A stretch of 63,630 bases of DNA, counting the filler, from Craspedostauros australis (lineage: Eukaryota), in assembly GCA_030167865.1 (NCBI GenBank). It is 6 parts of 6 records of this genome, joined end to end, with 100 filler letters (N's around TTAATTAATTAA, not from the genome) between each part and the next. Parts side by side here need not be neighbours in the genome. Positions count along the whole stretch, not along the records: positions 20,492 to 36,333 come from JALAGF010004223.1; positions 36,434 to 41,147 come from JALAGF010004224.1; positions 41,248 to 63,630 come from JALAGF010004225.1; 3 more parts are not named here. One strand, written 5' to 3'. A program made the translations under genes and the position numbers. Shown piece by piece: positions 34,130-47,652 of this stretch (positions are counted from its first letter, which is position 1; each line of letters begins with the position of its first letter). The notes beneath the pieces are model-generated. The model worked only from the letters and a program-made list of their open reading frames with translations. It was not told the origin of the DNA and made no database searches.

Positions 34130-36280
34130 TAAATAACTCAGTGATTACATTAGAAATGTGCCATAAGGCTTTACCCTCGCCGCCACAGGCCCCGTAGGAC
34201 CATGCTTTGAGCGATCTTTCATGTGTACCTTCTCAAGCTAATCCCAACCATGATGCCATTGCCCACCTCTCAGCGTGCATCGTCCGTGATCGTCGTCTCG
34301 CTCTAACCGCCACATGAACGGCGACCATAGAATTCACCCACTGTTGCATTTGCCCCTTGGTTCCATACTCGATACTGCAGCCTTCCCGGAGCAAGCGCAA
34401 CTCCGATTCATTCATATCCTGACTCGCACCCTGTGTCAGTCGACGGACCTGTCTGAGCAAGTCCTGCACTGTGGGATGCCCTTCCTCATCATGAACTTTG
34501 GCATTCCTGGCCAGCCACGCCTCCCAGGGTATTTTCCAGATCCAACGCACTATCTCCCTAGCCCAAGCATTTGTGTTGGGGTATTGACACTCGTGCGTCA
34601 CCATCCACTGAGCTTGCTGGTGGATCCAATCCTCATGAATAAATCCCAACAGGAGAGGGTACCACCCAATGGCACTTTGCAAGTTGTTGGAACACACATT
34701 CCTCCTCCAACTCACCAATCCAACTCTCATGCCCTGCACCAGCTGTGGGGAGGTTCCAATCTGATCAATCATGGGATAGCCAATGACTTATTCAGAGATA
34801 AACTTTGTACGTGAGCTTCAGGAGGACAGGGGATGGGCATAAGATACTTGTTGGGACCAACACTGGCCAGGATACACACCAACATGAGGGGCGAAACTGG
34901 TGCAGCAGGAAGGTAACTCAACAAGTGAATACATTTGGTAACAAATGGACCGATAAACATGAAAGAAAGGGTCGTCCAAAATAGAATCTGAATAGAAGGT
35001 CAATACGAGCTGGAGTCTGTTTGTAGAGTGTGCTAATTAGTTGTTGAAATTGGAGACTTTTAGATGTAATATTACATGTAAAGATGTTGATGGCTTTGTT
35101 TTGAAGTTCTGGGTGTTGGCAGGCCTCAGAGTGGGGTGGACGCGCTCAAGAAGCGAGATTAACTCATGGCACCGGAATCGGGTGTGGATGGACATCTGGT
35201 TTGTGGTGGAGGTTTGGAGGCATTCGTTGGAATTCTGTTGTAATCCCCCATACCCCAGCAGCAACAAAAGACCGTCACCAAGAAACCCCACACAACAACA
35301 CGACAATGGGGAAACAAAACAAGACTCAGCAAGGACCCTCAAATGCCATGTACGGCATCGCAACAACCATCAGCCCAATTCCAAATCCAAGCACATCGAT
35401 GGAACTGCCATGGGAATATTGGTGGATGGACAAGAGGGCGCTGTCAGAGTGGTCCAATTGAGGGAGCGATAGCGGAAAGAGCGAAAGGCGCAAAAAGGTG
35501 GCAAATTTGCACATTGGGTACGGGTTGCGCGTGGACGATGCCAGCCATTCCGACAACCATGGATGGCAAGACGCATTGAGGAGATCAAGATGAAGGTGCC
35601 CACGAAGTTTGAGGCTCGTGGATGGCCTGGAAGGTGTCGATGGAGGGGAACAAGTGGAGGGCAAGAGTTTTTTGGGGGGTGCTCATGAACCCATCGCGTG
35701 GCTTTGTTGGTGTGGTGGCGCATGTGAACATCCATCATATCGCCATCCCACCCATACAAGATATCTTCACCATCAAGTCAGGAATGGGGTGGAGAAGTGT
35801 GTCTCAATCTGATTGAGTGGAAGAGGTTGAAATGAAGCAAATGTGGCAGTCGCATTTTTTCGACATGAAGAACAACTGGCTGTGGCGTCAGCATCAGGAT
35901 GGATAAAAATGTGGAGATCCATCTTGAGGCAATTTGGGATGCATCAACGTGTCCCCAACGAATCAGGGATCGAGGTGTGCTGCATGGGGGGAACAGAGAT
36001 GGTTGTGAACAGGAGATATGATGGGACAAAGCGGCTGCTTCTGGACTGTTCTGCATTGTCAAAAATGTTGGTTTTCAGCAATGGGCCAAAAAGGTGCATT
36101 GAAGCGGCATCGATCTGAGCATTCTTGTCAGGGATGGATACATATGGAGTGTATGGAGACAATGAGGTGTGCAGGCGGACGAAACGAGATGGTTATGGGC
36201 ATCATCTTGGATGGCAAAGTGATGGCAGCATGGTGCCATCCAGAGTTTTGTGCCGCACACAATCGCACGCGATCAACAAA
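34130..36280 (-). mobile_element. Heavily decayed 3' fragment of a more distant LINE of the same type; boundaries approximate
   Basis: ORF 34233-34772 (QSAIGW..LLLG.I...W ... W...W.ARN..VH) matches the ORF2 C-terminal W-rich motif. The upstream part is fragmented and only tentatively included. Confidence 0.55.
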
Positions 36281-36333
36281 AATGATGTTAAATTTAAAGT
36301 TAATTTAAATTTAAATTCAATATTCCTCTACTT

Positions 36334-36433
36334 NNNNNNNNNNNNNNNNNNNNNNNNNNNNNNNNNNNNNNNNNNNNTTAATTAATTAANNNNNNNNNNN
36401 NNNNNNNNNNNNNNNNNNNNNNNNNNNNNNNNN
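36334..36433. other. Artificial contig spacer
   Basis: 44 N + TTAATTAATTAA + 44 N. Confidence 0.98.
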
Positions 36434-37328
36434 GGATCGGGTGATTTCCAATGATGAGATTGCCTTTGTCATCAACAACATCGGTGACTTCGGTGAGGAC
36501 AATCGGGCTGTGATGGAGAACCAGCTGCACCGCATCTCTGCCATGCGCAACAGGCATTCTCACATCATCGGTCTCACCTTGCGTGTGGGCCGGCATGTCT
36601 CTGGCAACGCTGCCATGATCGCTGATCTACTCCTGAACCATCCCAACAGCAAAGATACGATGCCACCCTCCATCCTGTTCCTCGGTGAACCTGGCAGCGG
36701 CAAGACCACCGCCATCCGAGACGTCACACGCGTCCTGGCCGACAGGAACAACGTGGTGATCATCGACACATCCAACGAAATCGCTGGAGACGGAGATCTC
36801 CCCCACCCTTGCGTCGGGCACGCCAGGCGTCTCATGGTGCCGACTCCCAATGCGCAGGCCTCCGTGATGGTGGAATGCGTGCAGAACCATACTCCCCATG
36901 CCATGGTGCTGGATGAAATCGGTCGCAAACAGGAAGTCGACGCGACCAGGTCCTGCAAGAATCGCGGCGTGCGCTTTGTGGCATCTGCACACGGTGATCT
37001 TCGGCAGCTCGTGAACAACCCGAAGCTGGTTGGTTTGCTGGGAGGGATCCAGAGTGTGATCCTCAGCGATGTCGAAGCTCGCAAGGGCCCCCAATCGAAT
37101 GAGAGCGCCGCAATAGCCAAGGTGAAGCGCCAACGGTCGGAGCAACCAGTCTTTGACGTCATCGTCGAACTCAGCCGCAACAGTTTCAACCAATGGCGGG
37201 TCATTACAGACGTTACCACCGCTGTCGACGCCACACTCAACGCAAAGGCCTTTGACTACGAGCAACGAACTCGGGATCCGACGACTGGTGAGATGACTGT
37301 CGAGCTCAAGAAGAATACTGGACAATAG
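36434..37328 (+). CDS. Ycf45/SpoIIIAA-like P-loop ATPase, 3' part
   Basis: LHRIS, GLTLRVGR, Walker A GEPGSGKTT, IDTSNEIAGDG, NHTP..VLDEIG, SAHG. Confidence 0.9.
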
Positions 37329-40000
37329 CATACGAATAGAGCAGCTGAAACGCGTTGTGTGCAAATAAGAATGAGATATTCGCAAGATACGCACTCTACT
37401 CCAACACTGTTCTGCCACTGTTCTACCATTGTTCCACCACCACTCGACTGCTCTTGCATGGACACTGATGCATGGGATCGGCAAAGCTTGGAGTGGACAG
37501 GAGCATTGTGCTACAATCTCTTCTGTAATGGTAGATCGTAAAGTATACAGTCTGATGAAGGCACTTCTCTTGCTCTGTTGGGGATCAGCCGAGTACAGAT
37601 GGAAGCGCATGGCATGGTCTGGTGCGCTGTTAACTTTCCCTCTATTAATTGTGTATGGTACGCACGCGCATATTGACCCAATCACCCACTTATCTGGCGT
37701 CTCGTGGCTAATTTCCGCTTTTTTGGTATCCATGGGCCTATCGCCGACGGCACAAGCTGCCATTCGATGAGTTGACGGCCGTTGCCTGACATCTTCACAT
37801 CATGAGAAAGAGGAGAGTGAGATCTCTCTACTGATGTGTTCATTGTCTGCAAATGGTCTCCGCTTCCTGTTCATCTTGATGCCTCTTTTAACCCTTTATC
37901 GGCCTTTTTCGCACGGACGACGTACGGACGCGATTTCGGAATTTTTTCGTTGGTAACCATTGGTAACCGCGTAGAGTCTACGACATTCTGGTACAGAAAT
38001 TTGTTGCTTCTTGGTCCAATCTCGACCGACTGTCTTCCAAAGACCCGCATCCAATTCTGTTTCGTCTATTGCTCAAGTGAATGGCACGGCTGTATTCGTC
38101 ACTTCATTCTGCTTCGGGTGGTGTGCTGGTCGGCGGTCCAGATTGCTTTTGTGTGTTGGTTTGGGTGTTAGAAGTCAGTCACTAATGCTCGTGACAGCCA
38201 TGACCGTCAATTCGTGAACCCACAAAAGCTCGCGCCAAAAATTATCGTGTGTGTTTTAAGTGTTGTTAATTTGTACTGTGCTGCTCGCCTGAGTCTCTCT
38301 ACTTGATGCAAGGTTGTGCATCACCCTGACGTCGGATCATCGTTCCGTTGCTTTCAGGTGACGCAGAATCCTCTCTTGCACCTGCCCATGTAGCCCTGGT
38401 CTTCGAATCTCACTTCCTCCAAAGATATACCAACTGCAAGCTCTTTTCGTCGCTTTACCGCGTGCTATCCTTGCGAGGAAACACCACTTCCTGATCAGGC
38501 GCCAAAACTGTCTTCATTGACACCGGTTGCTACACTCTCGCAAAGACTAGCCACTTATCTCACGCTCATGAGATGGGTGAAATTGTTGGCACGGTCGCTG
38601 TTCGTGCTCTATCAAAACGCGTTCCAACCGTTCTGTGGAGGAAGCTTGATGTTCTCTACTGGTCTTGAGCGCCTCTCAGGCCAATCGAACACTGGCATCT
38701 ACATTGCGCGCACATTGCGTGGAAATTATGCTCGGCGCAGTTGCACATGCTCAGCGATGTGGAAGGTCCAAAGAAGAGCGGTCAGAGCATGGCGAGATTG
38801 AACTCCTCGATGTCAAACAGTCGACTCTGCTCTATTCTGGACTGCTCTTGTGTGCTGTTGCTAACCAAGGGATCACTGCTCTCCCAAGCAGGATGGATGC
38901 AATGATACACATGCATCCAAGTTGCTGTTGCCAAGGTGATTGCTGGTGGACGGAATTCCGGAGTAGAACTGGAACGCTATTGTAGAAAGTAGCAACCACA
39001 TCATCAACTACAATGATATACGTTGAATGAAGTCACGGTGGATGAGATCAGAATATGAGGAACTGATCATAGCATGTGAGGAACGCATCGGTCGGTGCCA
39101 CATTGTTTTGTGATCATTTCCACTGCGTGTTAACACGCGTTGGGGCACACAGCAATTCACCACGATACATCGCGGTGATGGGCATTCGTGAATGGGAACA
39201 ACGAGTGCCTGCTCCAAAGAAACGAGCAGATATCGACAACTACCCAACCAATCGCCACCAAAGTTGGAGAGGGTGATGACAAGCCACACATGAGAGTGCT
39301 CACGAAAGGAGAGCTCAAACAAACGGAGCAGCATGAACTTGCCGAGGAGGCTTGTGGCAGAAATGGTAGTTTTTGGGCTGGTTCGGGTGGGACTGACGTA
39401 CAAAATGTACCATCGTCTACGTCAAAATTGACTCATACGACTAGTTACCAATTGTTGCCGATGGTTACAAAAAAATTTGGTCTCCACCCAAGCCAAAAGA
39501 CACAAGAGCAGACTGTTGGCACCAACGAACAAAGGACAGACCAGGCACATGGAGGACCACAAACAACTTCGACACACCAAAACAAGAAAAAACAAACAGC
39601 AAACAAAAACACACCGAACAGAACAAGAGCATGAGCAAGGCTCATAAAACAAGCAATAAACAATCCCTTTGAGAAGAACACATCACATTGACTCATCCTG
39701 GTGCTTTGCTTCTACATTGGTGTCTTGATTGGACCCATGAAGTGAAAGCACTGAGTGTAGTTTCAACACAGACCAGAGCGCACAACCAACTTCGTACCAT
39801 GCGGCAGCGATGGCACTGGTGGCGTTATCTACGATAATGGTTCCTCAGGCGACACTGGCACGCAATGGCTGGCACGATGATGCAGCATTCGCAAATACAA
39901 TGATACACTCCGGAGGCTCCGTTCGACCATTTCTTTCCAGCTCATCAAGCCAACAAAGGCAAGAGGCGACTTGCAGTTCGTAATCACAATTCTTTCTTTT

Positions 40001-41147
40001 CTACAACGACGACCGGAGATGACAAGTCGTTGCACTGCCAGCGGGGTGCCTGCTGATGAGACTTGCGTGAATGTGATCTACCGTTTCACATCCACACAGG
40101 GCCATCGCTGCTTCAATCTCTTTCTGCAACAATCCCAACAATCTGGCAACACCCTTCTTGCCACCTACCGAGAGAGCGACGAAGATTGGCTTGCCAAGGC
40201 CGACAGCCGTTGCGCCCAATGCCAACGCCTTCACGACATCAGTTCCACGACGTACACCACCGTCCAGCAGGACTGGGACGCGGCCAGCCACCGCTGTAAC
40301 GACTTCGGGCAACGCATCGATCGACGAGATGCAACCATCCAGCTGACGGCCACCATGATTCGACACCATGATACCATCCGCGCCAGCCTCGATTGCCAGC
40401 TCGGCATCTTCGGCCGTCATGATGCCCTTGACGACGAGCGGCAGGTTGGGACAGGCCTTCATCTTCAACCATCTCACGTCGTCCCACGTCACGTCCTGTT
40501 CGAACATCTGCTCGATATTCTGATCCCACGCACCCTTGGTCTTGCCATTGTACGTCTCCTCCAGCTCCGCGGCCGTGTCGTCATAGTTGACCAACCGATG
40601 GGGCGGGGGCAGGGCGTTGAAGCCGTTGCGATCGTCGGCCTCACGGTATCCAAACCGCAAGGAATCCACGGTCAGGAAGATCCCCTTGTACCCGGCACGC
40701 ACTGCGCGCTGCACGAGGTGCAGCGTGACTGCCCGATTCTTGAGGATGTAGGCCTGGTACCATTTCGTGGCGTTCGGTGCCGCCCTCGCCACCTGCTCGA
40801 TTGTGCGTGTCGAGTGCTGGGACAGACAGAACAGCACGTTGGCATCGTCGCATGTCGACGCTGTCGTGCATTCCCCACCGACCGGTTCGCAGAGCCCATG
40901 GACACCGGCCGGGCTGACAAAGACGGGCATGGACATGGTCTCGCCGAAGAGGGAGGTTCGCGTGGTTATCCTGCCAATCGGCCTCATCATGCGCGGTCGC
41001 AAGAACCAGCGTTTGAACGCCCACCTATTTTCATGCAAGGTCTGCTCATCATCGGTTCCGGACGCCAGGTACTCGTACCGCGCAACCGGGAGGATGCGCT
41101 TGGCGGCCACCTGGAAGTCGTCCACGTTGAGGAGACGATCCACATTG
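40001..41147 (-). CDS. GOX: FMN-dependent alpha-hydroxy acid oxidase (glycolate oxidase-like); start lost at the spacer
   Basis: WYQAY, LTVD, VVKGI, SNHGGRQLD, LDGGVRRGTDVVKALALGA; ends in -SSL. Confidence 0.93.
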
Positions 41148-41247
41148 NNNNNNNNNNNNNNNNNNNNNNNNNNNNNNNNNNNNNNNNNNNNTTAATTAAT
41201 TAANNNNNNNNNNNNNNNNNNNNNNNNNNNNNNNNNNNNNNNNNNNN
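41148..41247. other. Artificial contig spacer
   Basis: 44 N + TTAATTAATTAA + 44 N. Confidence 0.98.
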
Positions 41248-42902
41248 TTCTTGAGCTCGACAGTCATCTCACCAGTCGTCGGATCCCGAGTTCGTTGCTC
41301 GTAGTCAAAGGCCTTTGCGTTGAGTGTGGCGTCGACAGCGGTGGTAACGTCTGTAATGACCCGCCATTGGTTGAAACTGTTGCGGCTGAGTTCGACGATG
41401 ACGTCAAAGACTGGTTGCTCCGACCGTTGGCGCTTCACCTTGGCTATTGCGGCGCTCTCATTCGATTGGGGGCCCTTGCGAGCTTCGACATCGCTGAGGA
41501 TCACACTCTGGATCCCTCCCAGCAAACCAACCAGCTTCGGGTTGTTCACGAGCTGCCGAAGATCACCGTGTGCAGATGCCACAAAGCGCACGCCGCGATT
41601 CTTGCAGGACCTGGTCGCGTCGACTTCCTGTTTGCGACCGATTTCATCCAGCACCATGGCATGGGGAGTATGGTTCTGCACGCATTCCACCATCACGGAG
41701 GCCTGCGCATTGGGAGTCGGCACCATGAGACGCCTGGCGTGCCCGACGCAAGGGTGGGGGAGATCTCCGTCTCCAGCGATTTCGTTGGATGTGTCGATGA
41801 TCACCACGTTGTTCCTGTCGGCCAGGACGCGTGTGACGTCTCGGATGGCGGTGGTCTTGCCGCTGCCAGGTTCACCGAGGAACAGGATGGAGGGTGGCAT
41901 CGTATCTTTGCTGTTGGGATGGTTCAGGAGTAGATCAGCGATCATGGCAGCGTTGCCAGAGACATGCCGGCCCACACGCAAGGTGAGACCGATGATGTGA
42001 GAATGCCTGTTGCGCATGGCAGAGATGCGGTGCAGCTGGTTCTCCATCACAGCCCGATTGTCCTCACCGAAGTCACCGATGTTGTTGATGACAAAGGCAA
42101 TCTCATCATTGGAAATCACCCGATCCTCGTCTTCTCCGAGTAGGATTCGTTGGTCGTTCGCCCACGCGGCTGGGCGGCGAGCTTCGTCCAAGATGATGTC
42201 TGAAACGCTGTCCTTGATCTTATGGAGGTCATCAACCAGATCCGCACTGAGCAGCGTGAAGATGGAGTCGACGTTTGCCGAATCATTGAATGACTTGGTG
42301 AGCAACGCCTTGTGCCTATTGAGGGTTTCATTGAGGTGCTTGGTGATCCCCTCCTCTTTCTTTCGCCGAGCTTCCTCCTCCTTGATTTGTTGCTGGTGTG
42401 CGTCCGACATGGCGGTATCCGTACCAGTAGTACTACGAGTACTGGTAGAAATGAATTTTTTGGGGTTTTTGTCGGAATTTTCCACAACTTTGGGTTTTGC
42501 ACTGCCACTGTTGTTGGTGGTGCTCTTCTTGTTGGCACTTTGGACAAAGACGGGTCGGTAATTGATCAGGAGGTTGTTCATGGCAGTGGGCTTGTATGTG
42601 AACTGGCTATTCTTGACTTTGAACGCGTTGGTGCTATCAAGGTAGCCTTGGAGTTCCAACTGCACGTCTTCAGGATCTGCCTTCGTCAAGGCTGATTGAG
42701 CCCATTCCATCAGGTGTTGCGACTTGATTCGGTCTCGAATGCCATCGATGAAGCTGGCCTTCGTTGGTTGTTGCACCCCGGTCATCAAAAACATCATCTC
42801 GGCCGCAGTCTGGGGCCATGTGGATGCATCATGCTGCTTCAGGAAGTACAGGTAGCCTTTTGCTGCATTCCGCATTTCTTTCGGTGTCGCGGATGCAACC
42901 AT
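41248..42902 (-). CDS. Ycf45/SpoIIIAA-like ATPase with an unrecognised N-terminal extension; last codons cut by the spacer
   Basis: 41248-42126 is the reverse complement of 36434-37312. Likely start at ATG 42902 (MVASATP), though the frame stays open to 43850. Confidence 0.85.
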
Positions 42903-44141
42903 GGTACGAGTATCGCTGGCTGGCAAGAAATCCGGCTGATGCTCTTGTGGTTGGTTTTTGCCCTCAAGTCGATCTGGTGAGGTGGATGAATCGAATCCAA
43001 ATAAGTGAAATGAAACTGCGCTGAATTGAGTTGCATCGTTATGATCGTGCACGCCCGCTATTTGACGCAGTACAAGTGAGGCTGAGAACGCGCTCATATC
43101 GTCGTGAAGACACGCGGCGTTAGCAGCGTAGATAGGGCACGAAAAAGTCTTCTTTCTTTCTACTCCCAGAGAGAGAGAGCCTGCACGTTGTCGGTACGAA
43201 TTGAACAGAAAGCGTACTGTGGGAGTTGGTGCGCGCTGTGCGTATCTGGATTGTGGCGGTTTGTGGTGGCGTGTCCCGCTTGACAAGAGAAAGTGACGAA
43301 GTTTGGATCGTTGGATCAAGAAGGTATCCTTTGGGTTGACGGACAGACAGTTTTCATCACAGAATTCTGAATGTGTGATACACATGTTTCGTCTCCGTTG
43401 ATACTTACCAAATTTGTCGTGGTTTGTCACGCTCGTCCATAGTAGAACTGTCGCAGTCGACATAATTGATGTGAATCGACGAAGCAGTGGGAACCATCTT
43501 TTGACAAAGATACTCTCCATTTCGTGAACAGCCGACTCCCCACCAACACGTCTCTCGGGTGGTGGGTGAGCAGTAGGAACCCGAGAGAGAGGGAGGACCC
43601 TTCCGTGGCCATCCCCTCTCCAGATTCTCCTGCCATCAGTGACAAAAACGGCAACACCAGGCATGACACGGAGTGGCAACAGGAAAAGACGAACAAGCAG
43701 TAGCAACACCGGAACCGCCGCACTCCACCCACACATCCCAGCAACAGACACAACCAAACCGAGTCGGCGTCGCAGATCCACTCTCTGTTTCCTTGTCGCG
43801 TCACGAACGCAAAGGCTCACGCCAAGACCCACTCGGGGATATCCATCCATTCAATCATCCACCTGTCCACCGGCAGTGCAGTGCGAGCGGTCTTCACCGG
43901 CACAATCCTGGCTGCTCTGCGGTTCTTTTCCCATTCAAGTCAACGCTGGCATTCCACTCCTTCGGCAGTCGCCTGTTGATAGCACAATTCAATCTCCATC
44001 CAGCAAGCCAATCTTTCTATTCCCCTTGCTGACGATCAGCAACAACCAACTGGCAACCTACTCACCGACAGCTGCCACGATCATACCACACCACGCCATA
44101 CCACACCATACTAAGACAATACAACACCGCTCTCGTGCAAC

Positions 44142-46355
44142 ATGAACGCTGCTGCAGATATCCATCCATACGTCCGAACGGGGGCAAGGAGCCTCAGTGG
44201 GCTGGAGATGGGAACGCGTTTTCTAACAGAGAATGACATCATGGTAGCTGCTGATGGTGATTCGAGGACCATGGCCTCCAGCCTCCCTCCCACCACCAAC
44301 GGGACCAGCCCGGACTTTGCCTTGAAGGCGCCCCAGCCCGACCCCAGGGATAGCGTCATCGTGATCTCCCTTTTAGGGGTTATCGTGGTGCTTTTTGTCG
44401 TCCTCGTGTATGTCAGCATCTCACCCATGATGGCCTACATCCGACGCCGGATACCGGTTTCACAGAAGCGCATCGACCGCCGGTACAGGACCATCGAAGG
44501 CTGGCTCATCACGAAGGTACGTCCGATTCCATTGAACCAGTTTGGTGGCGTCCCTGTACAACACTTGTGTGCCTTTTTGGCAGTCGCTGTGTCTACTTGT
44601 ATCATGTTGTGATGAACACTCCGTTTCCATGGAAGGGATCACTCACACGGTTTTTTCTCCCGTGGACGGCATTTCCTTGTTATGATGTCTCGCTCTACAC
44701 TATCAACCATTTTACTATGCTAACCACGCGATGGCAAACAGAAAGTACAACCCCACAGCAAGATCTGCAAGCAGCTGAAGGCCACGAAAGACATCTTGGG
44801 CGGTGGATGCAGCTCGTGCGGATCACTCTCGCTATCGTCTCTCCCGTCATCGGACTCGCCATCCCCAGCATCCCAACAGCGACCGGCTCACCAAAACACT
44901 GCGCTTGCTGATGTGACTGCGACGAGTATGGGCACGAGCGTGCCAATGGAGGCGGAACATCTGCAGGACACATCGATGGAGACTGACGTGGAAACGCTGG
45001 AGGAAGAGCCTCTCGACGACACGGACGGGGTACTTGATGGCGACAGTGAGATGTTGGACAGCAGCAATGGAAGCACTTCTTCCAACGACGTGGAACGGGA
45101 GTGCCCGATCTGCATGGAGGAGTTCCAGGTTGGCGACATCGTGTCATGGAGCGCCGACGTCACCTGCGGGCACGTCTTCCACCACGCATGCATCAAGGAA
45201 TGGTTGCTGCGCAAGATGGGATGTCCGTTCTGCCGCACGGTCTTCCTTCCCGTAGATCGCCACAGGCCGGAGAACCGCGCGAGGCAAGGGAGCGCATTCA
45301 CATCGCAGGACGTCACTCGTACATCGGACTTCGACACCATCGGCGCTGCCCATGGTAACGACGGCGCATCGACGCCGACCGACATGATGGCAACTCCGTC
45401 CATAACGACAGTGCCATCCAACGACTCTTCTGATGCGCTGACCACAAATTCCAACGTCGCCACGGATTCGGTCGAAGGTGCTGACCACGTTCACGGAGAA
45501 GGCAGCAGCAACACGAGGGAGGAATCATCCCGCAACACGAAACGACTCACGGGGTCCGTCTTGCGCCAGTTAACGAGGGAGCGAGCGCAGAGGTACCGCA
45601 CGACCTTCTATTGCGTCGCGGAAGGGCTGGTCACGGTCGGCCCTAGACGCCTGACCAGCCTTTCGCCGCAGGAATTGGCATGCATCGGTTTGCAACGCCA
45701 AAACGAATACTGCATGGAGGTTGATCTTGTGCAGCGCAAGACGGGCAAGCGTCGATTCTTCCCGAATTTGCATCATGTCATTCCCAGGAGGCAGGCGAGC
45801 AGCAACAGCGGTAGTGGTGGTAGTGAGCCTAGCCTCCGAGATGGGAATCACACGGATGAACGGCACGAAGGGAATCGCATGGTAGATGTCACTCCACGCG
45901 ACACCTCCCGATTTGACGTGATACGATCAACCGCTGCGGAATGTTCATCATGCGAAGCTTCCATCGGCGGCATGGAAGTTGATGAACATACTGGCGATGG
46001 TGTCGCTCATCAAGGTGGCGACGGCGATGCGATGCAAGTAGTGGGGCACACGATGAACCACACAGGCATGATTGGCGTTCGCCTGGCCCATCCAAGCCGA
46101 GCAGGAGCGATGGCAACTCCAGCGGACGAACTTGTGGTCAGCAGTCCGGGAGGAGAGGAGATCGATCTTGATCTCGAGGTCGGTATTTCAGCCGAGCATT
46201 CAGAACGTGCAGTTCTTGCCGAGAGTGGTCGAGAGGCGGGAATGACGAATGTGGTCTGCATCGCATCTGTGAGCGGAGAAGAAGGAATTGGCTTCGTCGA
46301 AGTTCAAGATGGCGCCCGTCCTGTGGAACTGAGGGGAGAGACGATCCAGATATAG
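44142..46355 (+). CDS. Single-TM RING-H2 E3 ubiquitin ligase-like protein (2 exons, ~662 aa)
   Basis: Exons 44142-44516 and 44742-46355 are in frame. TM segment VIVISLLGVIVVLFVVLVYVSI; RING-H2 CPIC..CGHVFHHACIKEWL..CPFCR. Confidence 0.88.
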
Positions 46356-47652
46356 CGCCACAACCACAGGTCGTACTCCCCATAGATTTTACCCGAGTAC
46401 TCGTACAGAGTTGACCAGAGCCTGCTGCGCGGCAGAATGCACATGAACTGCACTCATGCGAAGAGGGTTGCGTGCATGGAACGATCACATATTGTAGAAA
46501 AATGTGATAACATGGCGGTAGCGGTTAATCATGAGAAAAAATGCTCAGTTGCATAACCGAGAAAGTTTGTTGTGCTCAATTGAATACGGTGGATGTTCGT
46601 GAGGGATCTTTTGGATTCCACGAGTCAAGGATAGTGCGTTTGCGTGAGCGGGTGGTTCGTACTTGCAGAAGATGTGGCTTGCACGAGGACAAGAACGATG
46701 GCGCACCCACGAAGAGGCGCACAATCCCATCAATCCTGTCATCGTCGTTTGCTTCGGTTGTTCCCACTCTCCTCACTTTTTGTCTTCTTGCTGGTACTGG
46801 TATTGCCCACTGACTTCATCCATTCAAGGACTATAAGTCTTCACACGATTTGGTGATGTCTCTCTCCCCAGAGAGATGTTTGATGACGTTCCATCTTTGG
46901 CCTCCCCTGGTGGAGGTGGATGCAGATTCATGAGAGAACATCTTTCGTCTGGGAGGAGTGAGCGGTCTCACCGTACGAGCTATTATACGACCTATGAGCT
47001 ACTCGTTCGATGCCAGACATGCATAGAATCACAGCAACTCGACGACTTTGTTCGTGCTTCCAACTTCCAAGAACTTCTCCTCTGTTCCGCAGGTCCAACC
47101 CATCAACAGGCAAGGATGCTGATCGGACGCAGCCCAACAAAGACACCAAGGCCGTCACTCTCTGTACTATACGAGTAGGTCGTACTGGTGCAAGTATGTG
47201 TGGCACAAGTCAATTGCGGCATTTGTCACAGCGATGATGAAGTACTGGTGTCGATGAAGCATCACCTGCTTGGCACGAATACGAGTGCAGAGCGCGTCTG
47301 AGAGCGACCAAGACAGATGAAGACTTGGGAGGACGAGACAACCAAGAACTAATGTTGCCTTCCCTTGAGGAATCCAAGACCTCGCATGGTACAACATATC
47401 CATGGGTGCGTGCGTGTACAAGAACACGCCTCTGGAGACAAGAATTGCCGCTCTCAGATACTCTCCAGGTCACAAAATCGCGTTTATGCTTGCAAACAGG
47501 CAGTCCACGGTTGAGCAAAACACAACCCTATCCACGCTTCACGCTCCAACACGCTCCAACACGCTCCAACACGCAACAGCACAGACATCCCAGCTTTGAC
47601 CATTGCACCCAAGCACCTTCTGCCTTCCCTGTCCTCTTTAGAATCATCCAAC

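Noticed and set aside
33907..34130. HDV-like or hammerhead ribozyme at the LINE 5' end
   Set aside because: The 5' UTR is short and C/A-rich with no recognisable nested pseudoknot or CUGAUGA/GAAA core. The 3' structure also lacks twister and hammerhead consensus by eye.
37330..39990. Short ORFs and an A/C-rich tract between the ATPase and GOX genes
   Set aside because: No recognisable motifs, consistent splice model or convincing terminal repeats.
10836..41247. Recurrent TTAATTAATTAA palindrome flanked by Ns
   Set aside because: Identical 100-bp scaffolding spacer, not biological; ORFs that run into it are artefactually extended.
42903..43850. N-terminal ~316 aa of the 884-aa ORF
   Set aside because: The sequence does not look protein-like and lies in the divergent promoter region; the start is more plausibly 42902, but this is unresolved.
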